A stretch of DNA of 64,000 nt. Origin: an uncultured Acidobacteriota bacterium (lineage in GTDB: Bacteria > Acidobacteriota > UBA6911). Positions 30,517 through 40,668 of this stretch are shown here, piece by piece. The notes under the pieces are model-generated. The model ran no database searches and had not been told where the DNA came from. It worked only from the letters and a program-made list of their open reading frames with translations. The position numbers and the translations under genes are program-made. The stretch's first letter is position 1, and each line of letters opens with the position of its first letter. The stretch spans positions 384,001-448,000 of the forward strand of contig CAWEJX010000020.1 in NCBI GenBank assembly GCA_963809485.1. Reading direction: 5' to 3'.

Positions 30517-30804
30517 TCAGTTTAGTTTTTGGAGCTTTTCGCCGATTGTGACGACACGGTAGTGTTCCTTGGGCTTGTCCTCCTGGTATACCCAGATATC
30601 GCCGGTCTTGGGATTGAAGAAGAAAAAGCTTTCATCAACATGGTCATCCTTCCTGTGTTGAGGTGTGAACTGAAAGCCTTCCAGTGCCGATGTTGCCTGA
30701 GCTTCTGTCGCGGACGGATGGAAAACCATACGCTCGACAAGCAGGGTTGCCGCGCTCGTTCCCAGAGCGAGCGCAAAAAGCACTATCCAAGAAATATTCT
30801 TCAT
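30517..30804 (-). CDS. Small exported hypothetical protein
   Basis: GGAGG before the start, signal-like N-terminus MKNISWIVLFALALG, then FFFFNPKTGDIWVY. Confidence 0.6.
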   Translation of the reverse strand: MKNISWIVLFALALGTSAATLLVERMVFHPSATEAQATSALEGFQFTPQHRKDDHVDESFFFFNPKTGDIWVYQEDKPKEHYRVVTIGEKLQKLN

Positions 30805-31016
30805 GCATTTCCTCCGCAGAGATGACAGGCTGTCTGGATCACGTGGTTCCTGAGCCGTCTCAACATTCGAATCGCGAATAATGGATACTTTCCCAACCAA
30901 TTCTGCTTCCCATTATAAAAATAAACGGATCTGAACAGCATGTGAAGTGACGGCTTACGCCGGCAAGAGCCGATGACCTTGGCCTTGGGCATCATTGACT
31001 TTTGTCAGCGCGCTTT

Positions 31017-32510
31017 TCAGCGTCTATCAGCGTTCCATGATTCCGGAATTGTCAAACTCTGTGAGTCCCAGGCAAAGCCGGAGGCTGATCGATGGATACG
31101 CTTCTCGCGCCCGGACTGCGTTGCCATCATCTTTTCGAGTGCAGCCACACGGGCGTCCAGTGCCGCGTTCTGGGCTTGAAGCGCCGCGATCGTTGAGTCT
31201 TTCTGCTCAAGCACAGCTTTTTGATCCTCAATCGATTGTGCCTGTTGAACCGTGTAAAGCGTCAACTCCTCGATCTTTTCAAGCATCTTCATCTGAAATC
31301 CGCTTACATTCAGTCCCCGGTCCCGGATCTCGGCGGCGGCTGGGATGTTTGGCAGGTGCTTTTCCCTGGCGATGAATTCCTTAAGCTCATCGATACCCAT
31401 CAGGTTGTAGTTCGGATCGAAAACGTAGTCCGGCACGGAAGCCCCGGGATCTGTCCAGATAAGGTCTCCGTCGATCCGCACATTGCCTACAACGTGGAGT
31501 CGTTCCAGCGGCTCAGTCGTATTGATACCGACATTGCCCGTATTCAGGATGGACACTCTTTCAGTCGTAATATCACGATCCAGGAATGCGAAGCGGCCGT
31601 TCTGGCTGGCGTCAGCGGCGACGAAGGCCATTGCGCCATACTCGATGGCGGTGCCGCCCACCAGTCCCCGGAACTGCACTTTGCCGAGATAGTCGCCGGC
31701 CTGGATGTCTTCCGGAACCGCCTGGGTTCCCCTAGACCGTTCAAGCAGAAACGTCGGAGCGAAAGTGCGGGTGAAGGGATCCTCGGTGCCATAATACCGC
31801 CTCAACCTTGCTACCGCCTGTGTTCCTTCAACGGTCAGCTGCCTGTCCGGATTTGTGACTCCGATTCCGACATTTGTTTCCGCGATAGCTCCATTGATGC
31901 CATTGACGCCTCCCAGGATCAGGCTGTTGCTCCGGGTGACCTTGGCCTGATAGCCCAGCGCGGTTGCGTTTGTGATACCGGCAGATCCGTCGGAATTGGA
32001 CCCTATGAAGGAATTGCCGTTTTCAACCGTGTTGGAGTAACCGGAGTTAGCCCCGAAGAAAGAATTGTAGGATCCCGCAGTGCTGTAGAGGCCGGCGCTT
32101 CTTCCAAAAAACGAGTTCGCGGAACCCGTACTGTTCGCCCTCCCTGTCAGCCGTCCAAAGAATGAGTTATCCAGGCCGTGAGTATTGGCCCCGCCCGCGG
32201 TCTCTCCGAAGAATGCGTTGGAATGTCCATTTTTATTGTAATAGCCGGCGCCGGAACCGAAGAACGAATTCCATCGGCCGGCCGTGTTGGAATAACCGGA
32301 GCCGGAACCGAAGAACGAGTTATAATCGCCCGCTGCGCTGGAGTAGCCCGCATCGGCCCCGAAGAAAGAATTATTGCTGCCCGATACTCCGGCCTCATAG
32401 CCAAACGAAGTGATATCGCCGGTTTGAATCTCAGTTGCCTGCATCCAGCCTCCGCTGGAGACCAGGAAAAACATTGTAAGGGCCATAACTGATAGCCAGT
32501 TGTATTTCAT
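31017..32510 (-). CDS. Secreted tail-fibre-like/trimeric adhesin-like protein
   Basis: Signal peptide; about nine 14-aa NSFFGxxAGxxNT repeats; GNVGINT..P..LHV motifs; PDYVF...KHLPNIP...LEKIEELTLY; C-terminal coiled coil. Confidence 0.8.
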   Translation of the reverse strand: MKYNWLSVMALTMFFLVSSGGWMQATEIQTGDITSFGYEAGVSGSNNSFFGADAGYSSAAGDYNSFFGSGSGYSNTAGRWNSFFGSGAGYYNKNGHSNAFFGETAGGANTHGLDNSFFGRLTGRANSTGSANSFFGRSAGLYSTAGSYNSFFGANSGYSNTVENGNSFIGSNSDGSAGITNATALGYQAKVTRSNSLILGGVNGINGAIAETNVGIGVTNPDRQLTVEGTQAVARLRRYYGTEDPFTRTFAPTFLLERSRGTQAVPEDIQAGDYLGKVQFRGLVGGTAIEYGAMAFVAADASQNGRFAFLDRDITTERVSILNTGNVGINTTEPLERLHVVGNVRIDGDLIWTDPGASVPDYVFDPNYNLMGIDELKEFIAREKHLPNIPAAAEIRDRGLNVSGFQMKMLEKIEELTLYTVQQAQSIEDQKAVLEQKDSTIAALQAQNAALDARVAALEKMMATQSGREKRIHRSASGFAWDSQSLTIPESWNADRR

Positions 32511-32739
32511 TGGGGTGCTCCTCTCAGTGGCAGTCCGGCCTCAATAATAAGCCGGAATCTTTAGTCCCATACTCGCGTAATCCGGGATCCGGATAAAACA
32601 GTCCAGCTGTTTGTTGATTATAGCAGGGTTCAAGCATCTATGAATCCGCTGCGGATGAGGATACTCGACAGCTCTGAATCCCCTGTTTGCGCTGCCTGTG
32701 CGGTTTGCCTGTGGTCCAGCCAGTTTGAAATCCGATTCA

Positions 32740-33672
32740 TCAGTGTTTTGCGCTCGGGTGAGGGACCGGACCGAGCGTCCTGGCCGCATTTTTCAACAGG
32801 GCTCGGATCCAGATGTGCCCGGGATCCTGATCCTGATAGCGGTGCCATTGCAGGCAATGGGTGACTTTCGGAATGGCGAAAGGAGGGCGTATCAGCCTGA
32901 GCGGCAGGTGTTGTGCGCAAATCCGCGCCATTCGGCTCATGACCGTGGCGATTCGGCTGGTCCCCACAACCAGGCGGCAGGCGACTTCAAAATCCTGCGT
33001 GACCACCTCGATTTTTCTAGTCTCCCCGTAGCGGGCGGCAAACCATTCCTCAAAAATAGCGGGAGCGTGGCCGAAATGGACCGCAATATGCCCGAGTTCG
33101 AGAAACCGGCTCCGGGAAATCGAGTTTCCAATTAAAGCGTTGTTGCGCCACACCACACAGGTGTGCGTATCCTCGAAGAGCGATTCCTTCGGATGTGCCG
33201 CCAGCGCGTGGACAGCAGGGCGGATGAGGAAATCGACGTCTCCCTTTTCAAGCTTCTGGTCGATATTCTCATCCAAACGCACCAGCTCGAACCGGACTCC
33301 GGGCGCCCGCTGCGCAGCCTCCTGCATCACGCCGGGCATCAATACAGCAGTCACATAGTCGGACACCGCCATACAGAACTTGCGGCTGGAGGCAGCGGGA
33401 TCGAACTCCGCTTTGGAAGCGACCGTGTGCTGGATCTGGACCAGGCAACTGCGCACAGGTTGCACCAGGCTTTCAGCCAATGGAGTCAAGACCATCCTGC
33501 GACCCGCCGGAACCATCAGTTCATTCCCGAAGTATTGCCGAAGGCGAGCGAGAATAATGCTGGTCGCCGGCTGGCTCAAATGGAGCCGTTCCCCGGCGCG
33601 CGTAACACTCTTTTCCGTCAGCAATGCATCCAGCGCAACAAGCAGGCCAGGATCGAATTTGCGAAAGTCCAT
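32740..33672 (-). CDS. LysR-family regulator (NodD/DntR-like)
   Basis: LLVALDALLTEKSVTRAGERLHLSQPATS HTH; C-terminal LQWH...DPGHIWIR. Confidence 0.93.
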   Translation of the reverse strand: MDFRKFDPGLLVALDALLTEKSVTRAGERLHLSQPATSIILARLRQYFGNELMVPAGRRMVLTPLAESLVQPVRSCLVQIQHTVASKAEFDPAASSRKFCMAVSDYVTAVLMPGVMQEAAQRAPGVRFELVRLDENIDQKLEKGDVDFLIRPAVHALAAHPKESLFEDTHTCVVWRNNALIGNSISRSRFLELGHIAVHFGHAPAIFEEWFAARYGETRKIEVVTQDFEVACRLVVGTSRIATVMSRMARICAQHLPLRLIRPPFAIPKVTHCLQWHRYQDQDPGHIWIRALLKNAARTLGPVPHPSAKH

Positions 33673-33768
33673 GGCGCCCTCAGGTAGTCGAGCCCCGCGG
33701 GAAAGCGTGGGGTGACAATGTATTTAAAAATCAAATCAGAATATATATTAAACATTCATTTTACAAAT

Positions 33769-33787
33769 AATATCAATGCCTGATATT
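33769..33787. promoter_or_regulatory. Putative LysR binding site
   Basis: AATATCA-5 nt-TGATATT inverted repeat containing T-N11-A, in the AT-rich divergent intergenic region. Confidence 0.5.
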
Positions 33788-33927
33788 TATGCCATCAGGG
33801 GCGGCAATTTATGTCTGTTTCCTGCCGCCTGAATCGGGAATTTTGGGTTTTGGCAATGGCGAAAATGCCGGCTGTCCAGGTGCATGGCTCTCATGGTAAC
33901 CCTCTGGATAAATCAGGAGCGTGTCTG

Positions 33928-34758
33928 ATGGCGACTCAGAAATCGGTGCCTCTCAAACCGGAAGAACAATCCAGAGCCTGCGCCAAATTTTACCGGGACC
34001 CTGTGCCGCCCGATCCCGCGCATCTGGCGATGATGGATACGCCATGCGATCCCTCAAAGGCTATTTATCCGGAACAGATGAATGAGCTTCTCAAACCGGG
34101 CGCCCTGCAGGTGGAAATCGGATGGTGCAACCTGCCGAACGGAGCGGGATTTATCGCCAACCGGAATATTTACGCAAACATAACCGCTGAGATGATCGAC
34201 TGGTGGTTTGCCTGGCATCCGCTTGAGGATCTGCGCTACCGCGTGTGGTATCCGCCTCAGCATGCCGGAATAGCGTTAAGCCCCGAATCCCGCAGCAGAA
34301 TTCTCGACCCGTCGATACCGGTTCGGGAGAAAAATTGGGGCGTTACCCACCATGTTACCGAGGACTGCGGTTGCGGAATGGAAAATATCGAAATCACATT
34401 CCTCTCGCCAAGGGATTTCGGCTTCGACATAACGCTTTGGAAGGAACCGTTTGTTTCGACTTTCGCAGGCGGTTTCGGCTGGTCCCGCAGGGCGGATGAT
34501 GCTGAACATGCCATCAAAACGCCATCGCTGATGTGCCACATTTTTCGGCAGGTTCCAGGCGGCCTCGAACATCGCACACGGTTCTGGATGGGTTACCGGG
34601 CGTCCCAGGGCAAGCCGGAGCTGGTCCTGCCCCCGGGCATCTCAGTTCCGGCGATTGCGGTTCAGGGGCTCGCAAGGCACAACGTGCTGGAATTCAGCAA
34701 CCTTGGAGCCCTTTTGCCGGAAATCCATGCAGAATTCGGCGGGCAGATGACCGCTTAG
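33928..34758 (+). CDS. PhlG/phloretin-hydrolase (DAPG hydrolase) family protein
   Basis: ITAEMIDWWFAWH, RYRVWYPPQH, HHVTED, RTRFWMG, HNVLEFSNL; AGGAG before ATG 33928. Confidence 0.88.
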   Translation: MATQKSVPLKPEEQSRACAKFYRDPVPPDPAHLAMMDTPCDPSKAIYPEQMNELLKPGALQVEIGWCNLPNGAGFIANRNIYANITAEMIDWWFAWHPLEDLRYRVWYPPQHAGIALSPESRSRILDPSIPVREKNWGVTHHVTEDCGCGMENIEITFLSPRDFGFDITLWKEPFVSTFAGGFGWSRRADDAEHAIKTPSLMCHIFRQVPGGLEHRTRFWMGYRASQGKPELVLPPGISVPAIAVQGLARHNVLEFSNLGALLPEIHAEFGGQMTA

Positions 34759-34792
34759 GTGTATACCGTGTTGAAATCAGTTCGGAGGGAGC

Positions 34793-35014
34793 ATGAGTGC
34801 CAACATTGAGATTGATTTGGATGAGTGTACCGGCTGCAAGACCTGCGTCGACGCCTGTTTTGTGGATGTGATGCGATGGGACGAGGAGCAGGAGAGGCCG
34901 ATCGTTGCGTATGAGCGGGATTGCGTTTGGTGTTTTACGTGCGAAATCAATTGCCCGGCCCAATGTATCAACATCATACCCCAAGTGCCCGGACAGACGG
35001 TCAACCCTTACTGA
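34793..35014 (+). CDS. 2x[4Fe-4S] ferredoxin (AprB-like, short)
   Basis: CTGCKTCVDAC and CVWCFTCEINCP. Confidence 0.92.
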   Translation: MSANIEIDLDECTGCKTCVDACFVDVMRWDEEQERPIVAYERDCVWCFTCEINCPAQCINIIPQVPGQTVNPY

Positions 35015-35048
35015 ACGCTGGTGTCGCAGAACTTAAGAGGAGTCAAAC

Positions 35049-37298
35049 ATGGGCGAAAAGGCAAAGAACGCAACAATATATGATTCGGACGTGCTCATTA
35101 TCGGCGGCGGATTCGGCGGCCTTGCGGCGGCGATCAGAATCAAAGAGCTTTCGCCGGAAACTAGCGTGCTGCTCGTAGACAAGCAGACGATTGGATGGGG
35201 AGGAAAAGCGAATAAGGGGGCCGGAGTTTTATGGGTTCTTATGCCCGGCGACAATATCGACGCCTTCGTCGATTTTCATGTGAAGAACATCGGAATTTAC
35301 CTGAACGATCAGGATCTGCTGTACGCAATGGCGCGGGAATCCTTCGGGGCAGCTCAGAAACTGGCGGAATGGGGCGTTAAAGTAATGAAAACCCCGGAAG
35401 GGAATCTGGATGCCAGCCCTCTGCCTTTCGGCTGGTCGATGGCGGCAGCAGATCTGGACATGATGCAGCCGCTCAGGGCAAAGGCCTCGAAACTTGGAGT
35501 GAGACTGCTGGACAAAACCCAGGTGGTCGACCTGTTGAAACGGGACGATCGCGTTATCGGTGCGGTCGGCTTCAACCTTCTCGACGGCCGCTTCACTCTC
35601 TTGAACTCAAAAACCACCCTACTGGCGAATGGCGATTGTGATTTTGGAGTCATGCGCATGTGGGCCAATGCCTGCGGAGATGGCATCGCAGCTGCCTACA
35701 ATGCCGGAGCGGAGATGCGGAACGCGGAGTTCGGAAATTTCTACGATGTTGTCAACAAGGGTACGGGCATTCCCATTGTTTTCGGTTTCAACGCACTCTA
35801 TAACGCCCAAGGTGAGAATATAAGCTCCAAATACATTCAAGGCCCGCAGCCGGATATCCCGATTTCCATTATCTTGGGAATGGAGAAGGAGATCATGGAG
35901 GGAAGGGGGCCCATATATTTCGACATGGCTGAGTTCGCCAAAAGATCAGGCGGTGGGGGAATCTTTCAATGGGATAGGCCCCATTCCAAGGCGTTATTCG
36001 GGCGTGAATTTGCAAAAATGCAGAAGTATGGTCCGCCGCAGGCTGCCAGGACCGAGGTTTCTCTCGGGTTCACCGGCGAACTCTCGGCCGTCAAAGTCGA
36101 CCGTGACATGAAGACAACCCTTCCAGGCCTTTGGGCAATCGGCGATACGAGTTACGCGGGTTCCGCATGGGCCGGCGCGGCGGAGGCGCCTCCGGGAAGA
36201 TTGAGAGGCTCCGGATTGATGAATGCCCTGATCGCGGCTTTGATGGCTTCTCCATCTGTGGCCAGGCATGCGAAAGAGGCCCCGGCTTCCCTGCCTGATG
36301 AGCATGAGATAGAGCTTCTGAAAGAGAAATTATTTGCGCCTTTGAACCGGCGCCACGGCTACTCAGCTTCAGAAGCCATACGGAGCATCCAGGAAGTGGT
36401 TGTGCCTGTGAAATACAGCATGCGCCGGAACAAGGAGCGGCTGGAGGAAGCCTTGTCCAAGGTGGCGGCAGTCCAGGAAAAGCTGCCCGAGCTCTATGCA
36501 GAGGATCCGCACGGTCTGGCCAAATGCCATGAAGCTGCGTGCATTGCACTATGCGCCGAAATCGGATTTCGGGCAGCTCTGGCCCGCACTGAAAGCAGGG
36601 GTTGGCACTACAGGGAGGACTATCCTCAGCGGGATGACGAGAACTGGCTCAAGTGGATCATCGTCAAAAAAAGCCAGGATAAAATGGCTGTCACCACCGA
36701 GCCCATTCCTATGGAGCGCTATAAAATCAAGCCCACCCAGACGACGACCGTAACGGACGCTGTCGTGGATCACGACGAGCTTGTCGGCGTTACGCCCGAG
36801 ATGATCGACTGGTGGTGGGTCAATATGGAAAAGGGATATCCCTTGTGGGAGCCCAACGATCACAAATCATTCGTATGGGAAGTGCCGCCGCCCGTTGGCG
36901 GGTACCTTGGCGCCATCCAGATAGCGGAGGAAAAGATGGGGCCGATGCCGGCCATGAAGATCCGTATACGGTGGGACGATCCGGACACCTGTCCCGTTCC
37001 GGGCATTTACGAGCATGCAATCGTGGCAGCCGGGATCAATCCCGAGGGGAAGGTGCAGGCCATGATTCTCCACGAATGGGAGAAGAGCCCCCGCGGGACA
37101 AGGATGCGCTCCACCATGCATTTCCCCGGCCCCGTTCCTTCCGGCTTCGCCGAAATCTGGAAAGCGCACGACAGGGCGGAGGTATCCACGTTCCCAAATT
37201 TCCTGCCCGACCTTTATCGGTTGTGGCAGGCTGTAAAAGACCCGGCAATCAACAGGCAGTGCTCATTGAAGAGAAAGAAGTCCGCCGGACAAAGCTGA
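35049..37298 (+). CDS. SdhA/FrdA/AprA-family flavoprotein fused to a C-terminal PhlG-like domain
   Basis: DVLIIGGGFGG, GDGIAAAYNAGAEM, TTLPGLWAIGD, ARTESRGWHYREDYP, then in frame GVTPEMIDWWW...LWEPNDH...HDRAEVSTFPNFLPDLY. Confidence 0.88.
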   Translation: MGEKAKNATIYDSDVLIIGGGFGGLAAAIRIKELSPETSVLLVDKQTIGWGGKANKGAGVLWVLMPGDNIDAFVDFHVKNIGIYLNDQDLLYAMARESFGAAQKLAEWGVKVMKTPEGNLDASPLPFGWSMAAADLDMMQPLRAKASKLGVRLLDKTQVVDLLKRDDRVIGAVGFNLLDGRFTLLNSKTTLLANGDCDFGVMRMWANACGDGIAAAYNAGAEMRNAEFGNFYDVVNKGTGIPIVFGFNALYNAQGENISSKYIQGPQPDIPISIILGMEKEIMEGRGPIYFDMAEFAKRSGGGGIFQWDRPHSKALFGREFAKMQKYGPPQAARTEVSLGFTGELSAVKVDRDMKTTLPGLWAIGDTSYAGSAWAGAAEAPPGRLRGSGLMNALIAALMASPSVARHAKEAPASLPDEHEIELLKEKLFAPLNRRHGYSASEAIRSIQEVVVPVKYSMRRNKERLEEALSKVAAVQEKLPELYAEDPHGLAKCHEAACIALCAEIGFRAALARTESRGWHYREDYPQRDDENWLKWIIVKKSQDKMAVTTEPIPMERYKIKPTQTTTVTDAVVDHDELVGVTPEMIDWWWVNMEKGYPLWEPNDHKSFVWEVPPPVGGYLGAIQIAEEKMGPMPAMKIRIRWDDPDTCPVPGIYEHAIVAAGINPEGKVQAMILHEWEKSPRGTRMRSTMHFPGPVPSGFAEIWKAHDRAEVSTFPNFLPDLYRLWQAVKDPAINRQCSLKRKKSAGQS

Positions 37299-37478
37299 GA
37301 CGGTGATGGAGAGTTGCCGAAAGGTAGAGTCATGTCGCCAGTGACCTTTGGATGAAGCGTGGTGACTATTGTCCGCAGAGCAGGAGGCTTTACGCTCGCT
37401 GGCCACTCAAAGGGGCTGATCCCAACCGATAAAGGATAAAACCGGTTTCACGCTTTATAAAAACTATCAAAGCTATTT

Positions 37479-37576
37479 GAACCGCAGAATGTCGAATAAA
37501 GAATGATGAATATCGAAGTTTGGTCCTCGTTTCTGGGGTTCGACATTCGACATTCAATATTCGATATTCAGTATTC
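37479..37576. repeat. Palindromic 7-bp-unit repeat (GAATRTC ... GAYATTC)
   Basis: gaaccgca gaatgtc gaataaa gaatgat gaatatc gaagt ... ttc gacattc gacattc aatattc gatattc; related copy at 47338. Confidence 0.8.
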
Positions 37577-37662
37577 CTCTGGGTTGTCGTCACAAGACCG
37601 GCGATAAAGCATGCTCCGGTATTTGTCAAATTGATGCTGCCTTGCCGGAATCCCTGCTACGT

Positions 37663-38922
37663 CTATCGCGACCGTGCCTGCGAACGGAAGAGCATCGGCG
37701 CCGTGTAATTCAAGTGATTACGCCAAACGCTGAAAACATGGCCGCCGGGGTAATCAGCCCATACGGCGTTGATGCCCTTGTCCTTGAACAGCTTCACCAA
37801 TCGTTTTCCGGGCGGCAGCATTGCTGTCTCCTGCCGGCCGGCGCCAAGGAAGAGAAGACGCAGGTTCTTCTTTGTTTGCTCCGGATTTGCCAGCAACTCC
37901 TTCCACGGAGACTGAGTTTCTATCTCGCCCGGCATTTGCGGCCCGATACCGCCGAATCCCCCGCTGTAGGCCAGAACATAATGAAACAATTCCGGGTGGG
38001 CAAGCCCGATCTGGATGCTTTGAAACGCGCCCATCGACAGGCCGCCAATGGCCCTGTGGTCCGGGTCGCTGTAAACGCGGAAGCCGCTCTCAATCATGGG
38101 AAGGATCTGCTCGAGCAGTTCCTTTGTGAAAAAGGTGAAGTTGAGCATGCCTGCCGGGCCCGGTTGCAGGACAGCCCTGAACGGCCCGACCGATGCACTC
38201 TGTATCGCATGCCCATGCGGCATCACGACGATCATCGGCACGGCCTTGCCCTCCGCGATGAGGTTATCGAGAATGATATTGGCTCGCCCGTTCATCACCC
38301 AGCCGGATTGGGTTTCACCGTTTCCATGCAGGAGGTAATAGACGGGATACTTCTTGTTTGTCCTGTCGTAGTCCGGCGGCGTATACACCCAAAGATAGCG
38401 ATGGACGTCCATCGCCTTAGACTCGTAGAGAATCATGCGGACCTGCCCATGCGGCACCGGACGCGCATCATAGAACGCCGGCGCATCCCCCGGAACTTCC
38501 ACGAAGCTCGAGACGGCTGCGGGCCCCGCCGAGCGATGCATGAGGCTGATGTTGGCGGGATCGGGAAACTCGACGCCTTCTGCGCGAAAGTTGTATATCC
38601 AGATCTCCGGCGGCAGCGGCCCGATCGTGACGCTCCAGACGCCTTCGTCATCTTTCGTCATCGGCTGGGAAGGTTTTCCCTGCAAAACCTCGCCAACAAG
38701 TTCGACTGCCGTTGCTTTGGGAGCGCGCAGCCGGAATGTCACGGTCCGGTCGGGATGAACTTCGGGAGACCGCAGCGTTGGAGGGAGCGGTGCTCTGGGT
38801 GCCTCGGCGGTAGCGGATTGGGAGGGATTCCCGGTTTTCGGGCCTGGCGCCGTCTGAGCAACCAGTAGGGATACAGACAGAATCACCATCAGGGCCAGTG
38901 CAAAAGCGGCTCTAATCCCCAT
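37663..38922 (-). CDS. Secreted esterase (N-terminal Ig-like/CBM48-type module + Fes-like alpha/beta hydrolase)
   Basis: Signal peptide; VTFRLRAPKA, VYTPPDY, YLLHG, GLSMG, GGHVFSVWR. Confidence 0.9.
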   Translation of the reverse strand: MGIRAAFALALMVILSVSLLVAQTAPGPKTGNPSQSATAEAPRAPLPPTLRSPEVHPDRTVTFRLRAPKATAVELVGEVLQGKPSQPMTKDDEGVWSVTIGPLPPEIWIYNFRAEGVEFPDPANISLMHRSAGPAAVSSFVEVPGDAPAFYDARPVPHGQVRMILYESKAMDVHRYLWVYTPPDYDRTNKKYPVYYLLHGNGETQSGWVMNGRANIILDNLIAEGKAVPMIVVMPHGHAIQSASVGPFRAVLQPGPAGMLNFTFFTKELLEQILPMIESGFRVYSDPDHRAIGGLSMGAFQSIQIGLAHPELFHYVLAYSGGFGGIGPQMPGEIETQSPWKELLANPEQTKKNLRLLFLGAGRQETAMLPPGKRLVKLFKDKGINAVWADYPGGHVFSVWRNHLNYTAPMLFRSQARSR

Positions 38923-39195
38923 ATTCGCAGTCCTCCTTCACGAGTCGGTAGAAGCAAATTCTGATTTTGCTTGCCCCGGCGTCGTCAACGCGCAGCATCG
39001 TTTTCCAGTCACGCAAGCAAAGCAGCAACCCATTGTCCGCACACACGGGACACAGTACTTGTGAAGCCGGCTCAACCGGCCTATGGTCCATCCTCTTCCT
39101 GCGGATTTCCCATTGCGGATCCGAGCATAGCATGCAATGCGCTTCCTTGAGAAAAGCCATCAACCGCGAAGTCTCCGGCTTTTCCGGAAGGATGC

Positions 39196-40545
39196 CTATT
39201 TCCGAAATCTGCTCAGATCGAAAGCGTCCGCCATTGCCTGATTGCCCGCGTCATTGGGGTGGATATGGTCGCCGGGATCGAATTCAGGCCGCAGGCGAAC
39301 GGGCCGGGACGGATCCCGGAGGACGGCATCAAAGTCCACGACTGCATCGAAAAGGCCGCTTGTGCGGATCCACTGATTCACGGCCTGCCTTATCTGTTCG
39401 CCACGCTCGGACCATGTCGGGACGCCTTCCTGGGGCGTAACCGTCGCCCCAATCACCCGGATTCCATGGGTATGCGCTCGTTCGATGATCTGTCGATATC
39501 CCGCGATAAGATCCTCGCCCGTAAGCGCGTCGGGACCCTCCGACCGTCCACGTATATTGATGTCATTAATGCCTTCCAGCAGGATAAGCCATTTCACCCC
39601 GGCAATGCTCAGCACATCGCGATCAAAACGCGCAAGCGCACTCAGTCCGGCTCCGTCCCGCAGCACCTGGTTTCCCGATATGCCCAGATTGACAACCGAA
39701 ACGTGTTGAGTTCTTTTGCTGGAATGCAAACGCCGCGCTAGGAGAGCCGGCCATGCGCGGTCCGTATCCAGTGTGGTCGCATATCCGTCGGTGATGGAAT
39801 CCCCCAATGCCACAATTGCGAATGCATCGGCCGGCGCCAGTACATCGATACTGGCCAGCCAAAGATAAGCAAATGTGGTGGCGGGCTCGGGCATGATTTC
39901 CTGTCCGGCAACATTGCCCTTGGACAGGTAGGTGGTATGAAGTCCCAGCCTGTGATTCGTCGGCGCGCCTGTGTCGTGCGGCAGGTATAACGAAACGGCA
40001 AGATCCGTCAGCGGAGCTATCTCCAAATCTATCGGATCGCTGACCGCTAAAACACCCGGGAGCAGTACGCATGAAGGCTTTCCGTTAAATGTAATGGCCC
40101 GGTCTGTTCCGGGAACGATCGCGCCGCCGGCTTTGTGAACCGCGATGTGCGCAGAACCGACCTGTACCAACGGCTTCCCCTGCGAGTTGCTGAGATTCAC
40201 GCGAACCCGCCGGCCGCCCAGGCTCGTGCGGACAATCATCCGCACGGTCTGATCCTGCAGGTTCGAAGGCATATCGAACATGATCGGAGAGCTGTCGCGG
40301 CTCCCGGATTGGCGCACGGTCGCGGACTGCTGCGGAGTTTCCTGTTTTCGGGATGAATCCGGTGATATTGGGGGACCATTCCGATCGGGCCCATCGGGAA
40401 ACCTCACAGGAACCAGTTCCTGAGCTGTCGCCCATGTACAAATCCATCGTTCGCTACTTTTCTGGGTATTGCGGGAATACGAAGTTGCCATCAATGGCAC
40501 AAGGAGCATGGCAACAGCAAGGAGGGGTGTGCGTTTTCGCATCAT
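39196..40545 (-). CDS. Secreted SGNH/GDSL hydrolase
   Basis: GDSITDG, GISGN, EGIND, DHIHP; start approximate. Confidence 0.9.
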   Translation of the reverse strand: MMRKRTPLLAVAMLLVPLMATSYSRNTQKSSERWICTWATAQELVPVRFPDGPDRNGPPISPDSSRKQETPQQSATVRQSGSRDSSPIMFDMPSNLQDQTVRMIVRTSLGGRRVRVNLSNSQGKPLVQVGSAHIAVHKAGGAIVPGTDRAITFNGKPSCVLLPGVLAVSDPIDLEIAPLTDLAVSLYLPHDTGAPTNHRLGLHTTYLSKGNVAGQEIMPEPATTFAYLWLASIDVLAPADAFAIVALGDSITDGYATTLDTDRAWPALLARRLHSSKRTQHVSVVNLGISGNQVLRDGAGLSALARFDRDVLSIAGVKWLILLEGINDINIRGRSEGPDALTGEDLIAGYRQIIERAHTHGIRVIGATVTPQEGVPTWSERGEQIRQAVNQWIRTSGLFDAVVDFDAVLRDPSRPVRLRPEFDPGDHIHPNDAGNQAMADAFDLSRFRK

Positions 40546-40668
40546 ATGGGATCGAGCCTTTGCCCGGGAACTCGTCAGTGTCGGAGACGGCGGACGGGGA
40601 ATTTTTAGGCCGATGCATGGCGGATTCCTGACCCGCCATGCATCCTCCCGCAATTAAACTAGAATAAA

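Noticed and set aside
31960-32400. CRISPR-like periodic repeats
   Set aside because: The 42-bp period is the coding NSFFG repeat; there are no unique spacers or cas genes.
34793-37298. aprBA (dissimilatory APS reductase)
   Set aside because: The ferredoxin lacks the long AprB tail, the flavoprotein is divergent and fused to a PhlG domain, and no sat/qmo genes are adjacent.
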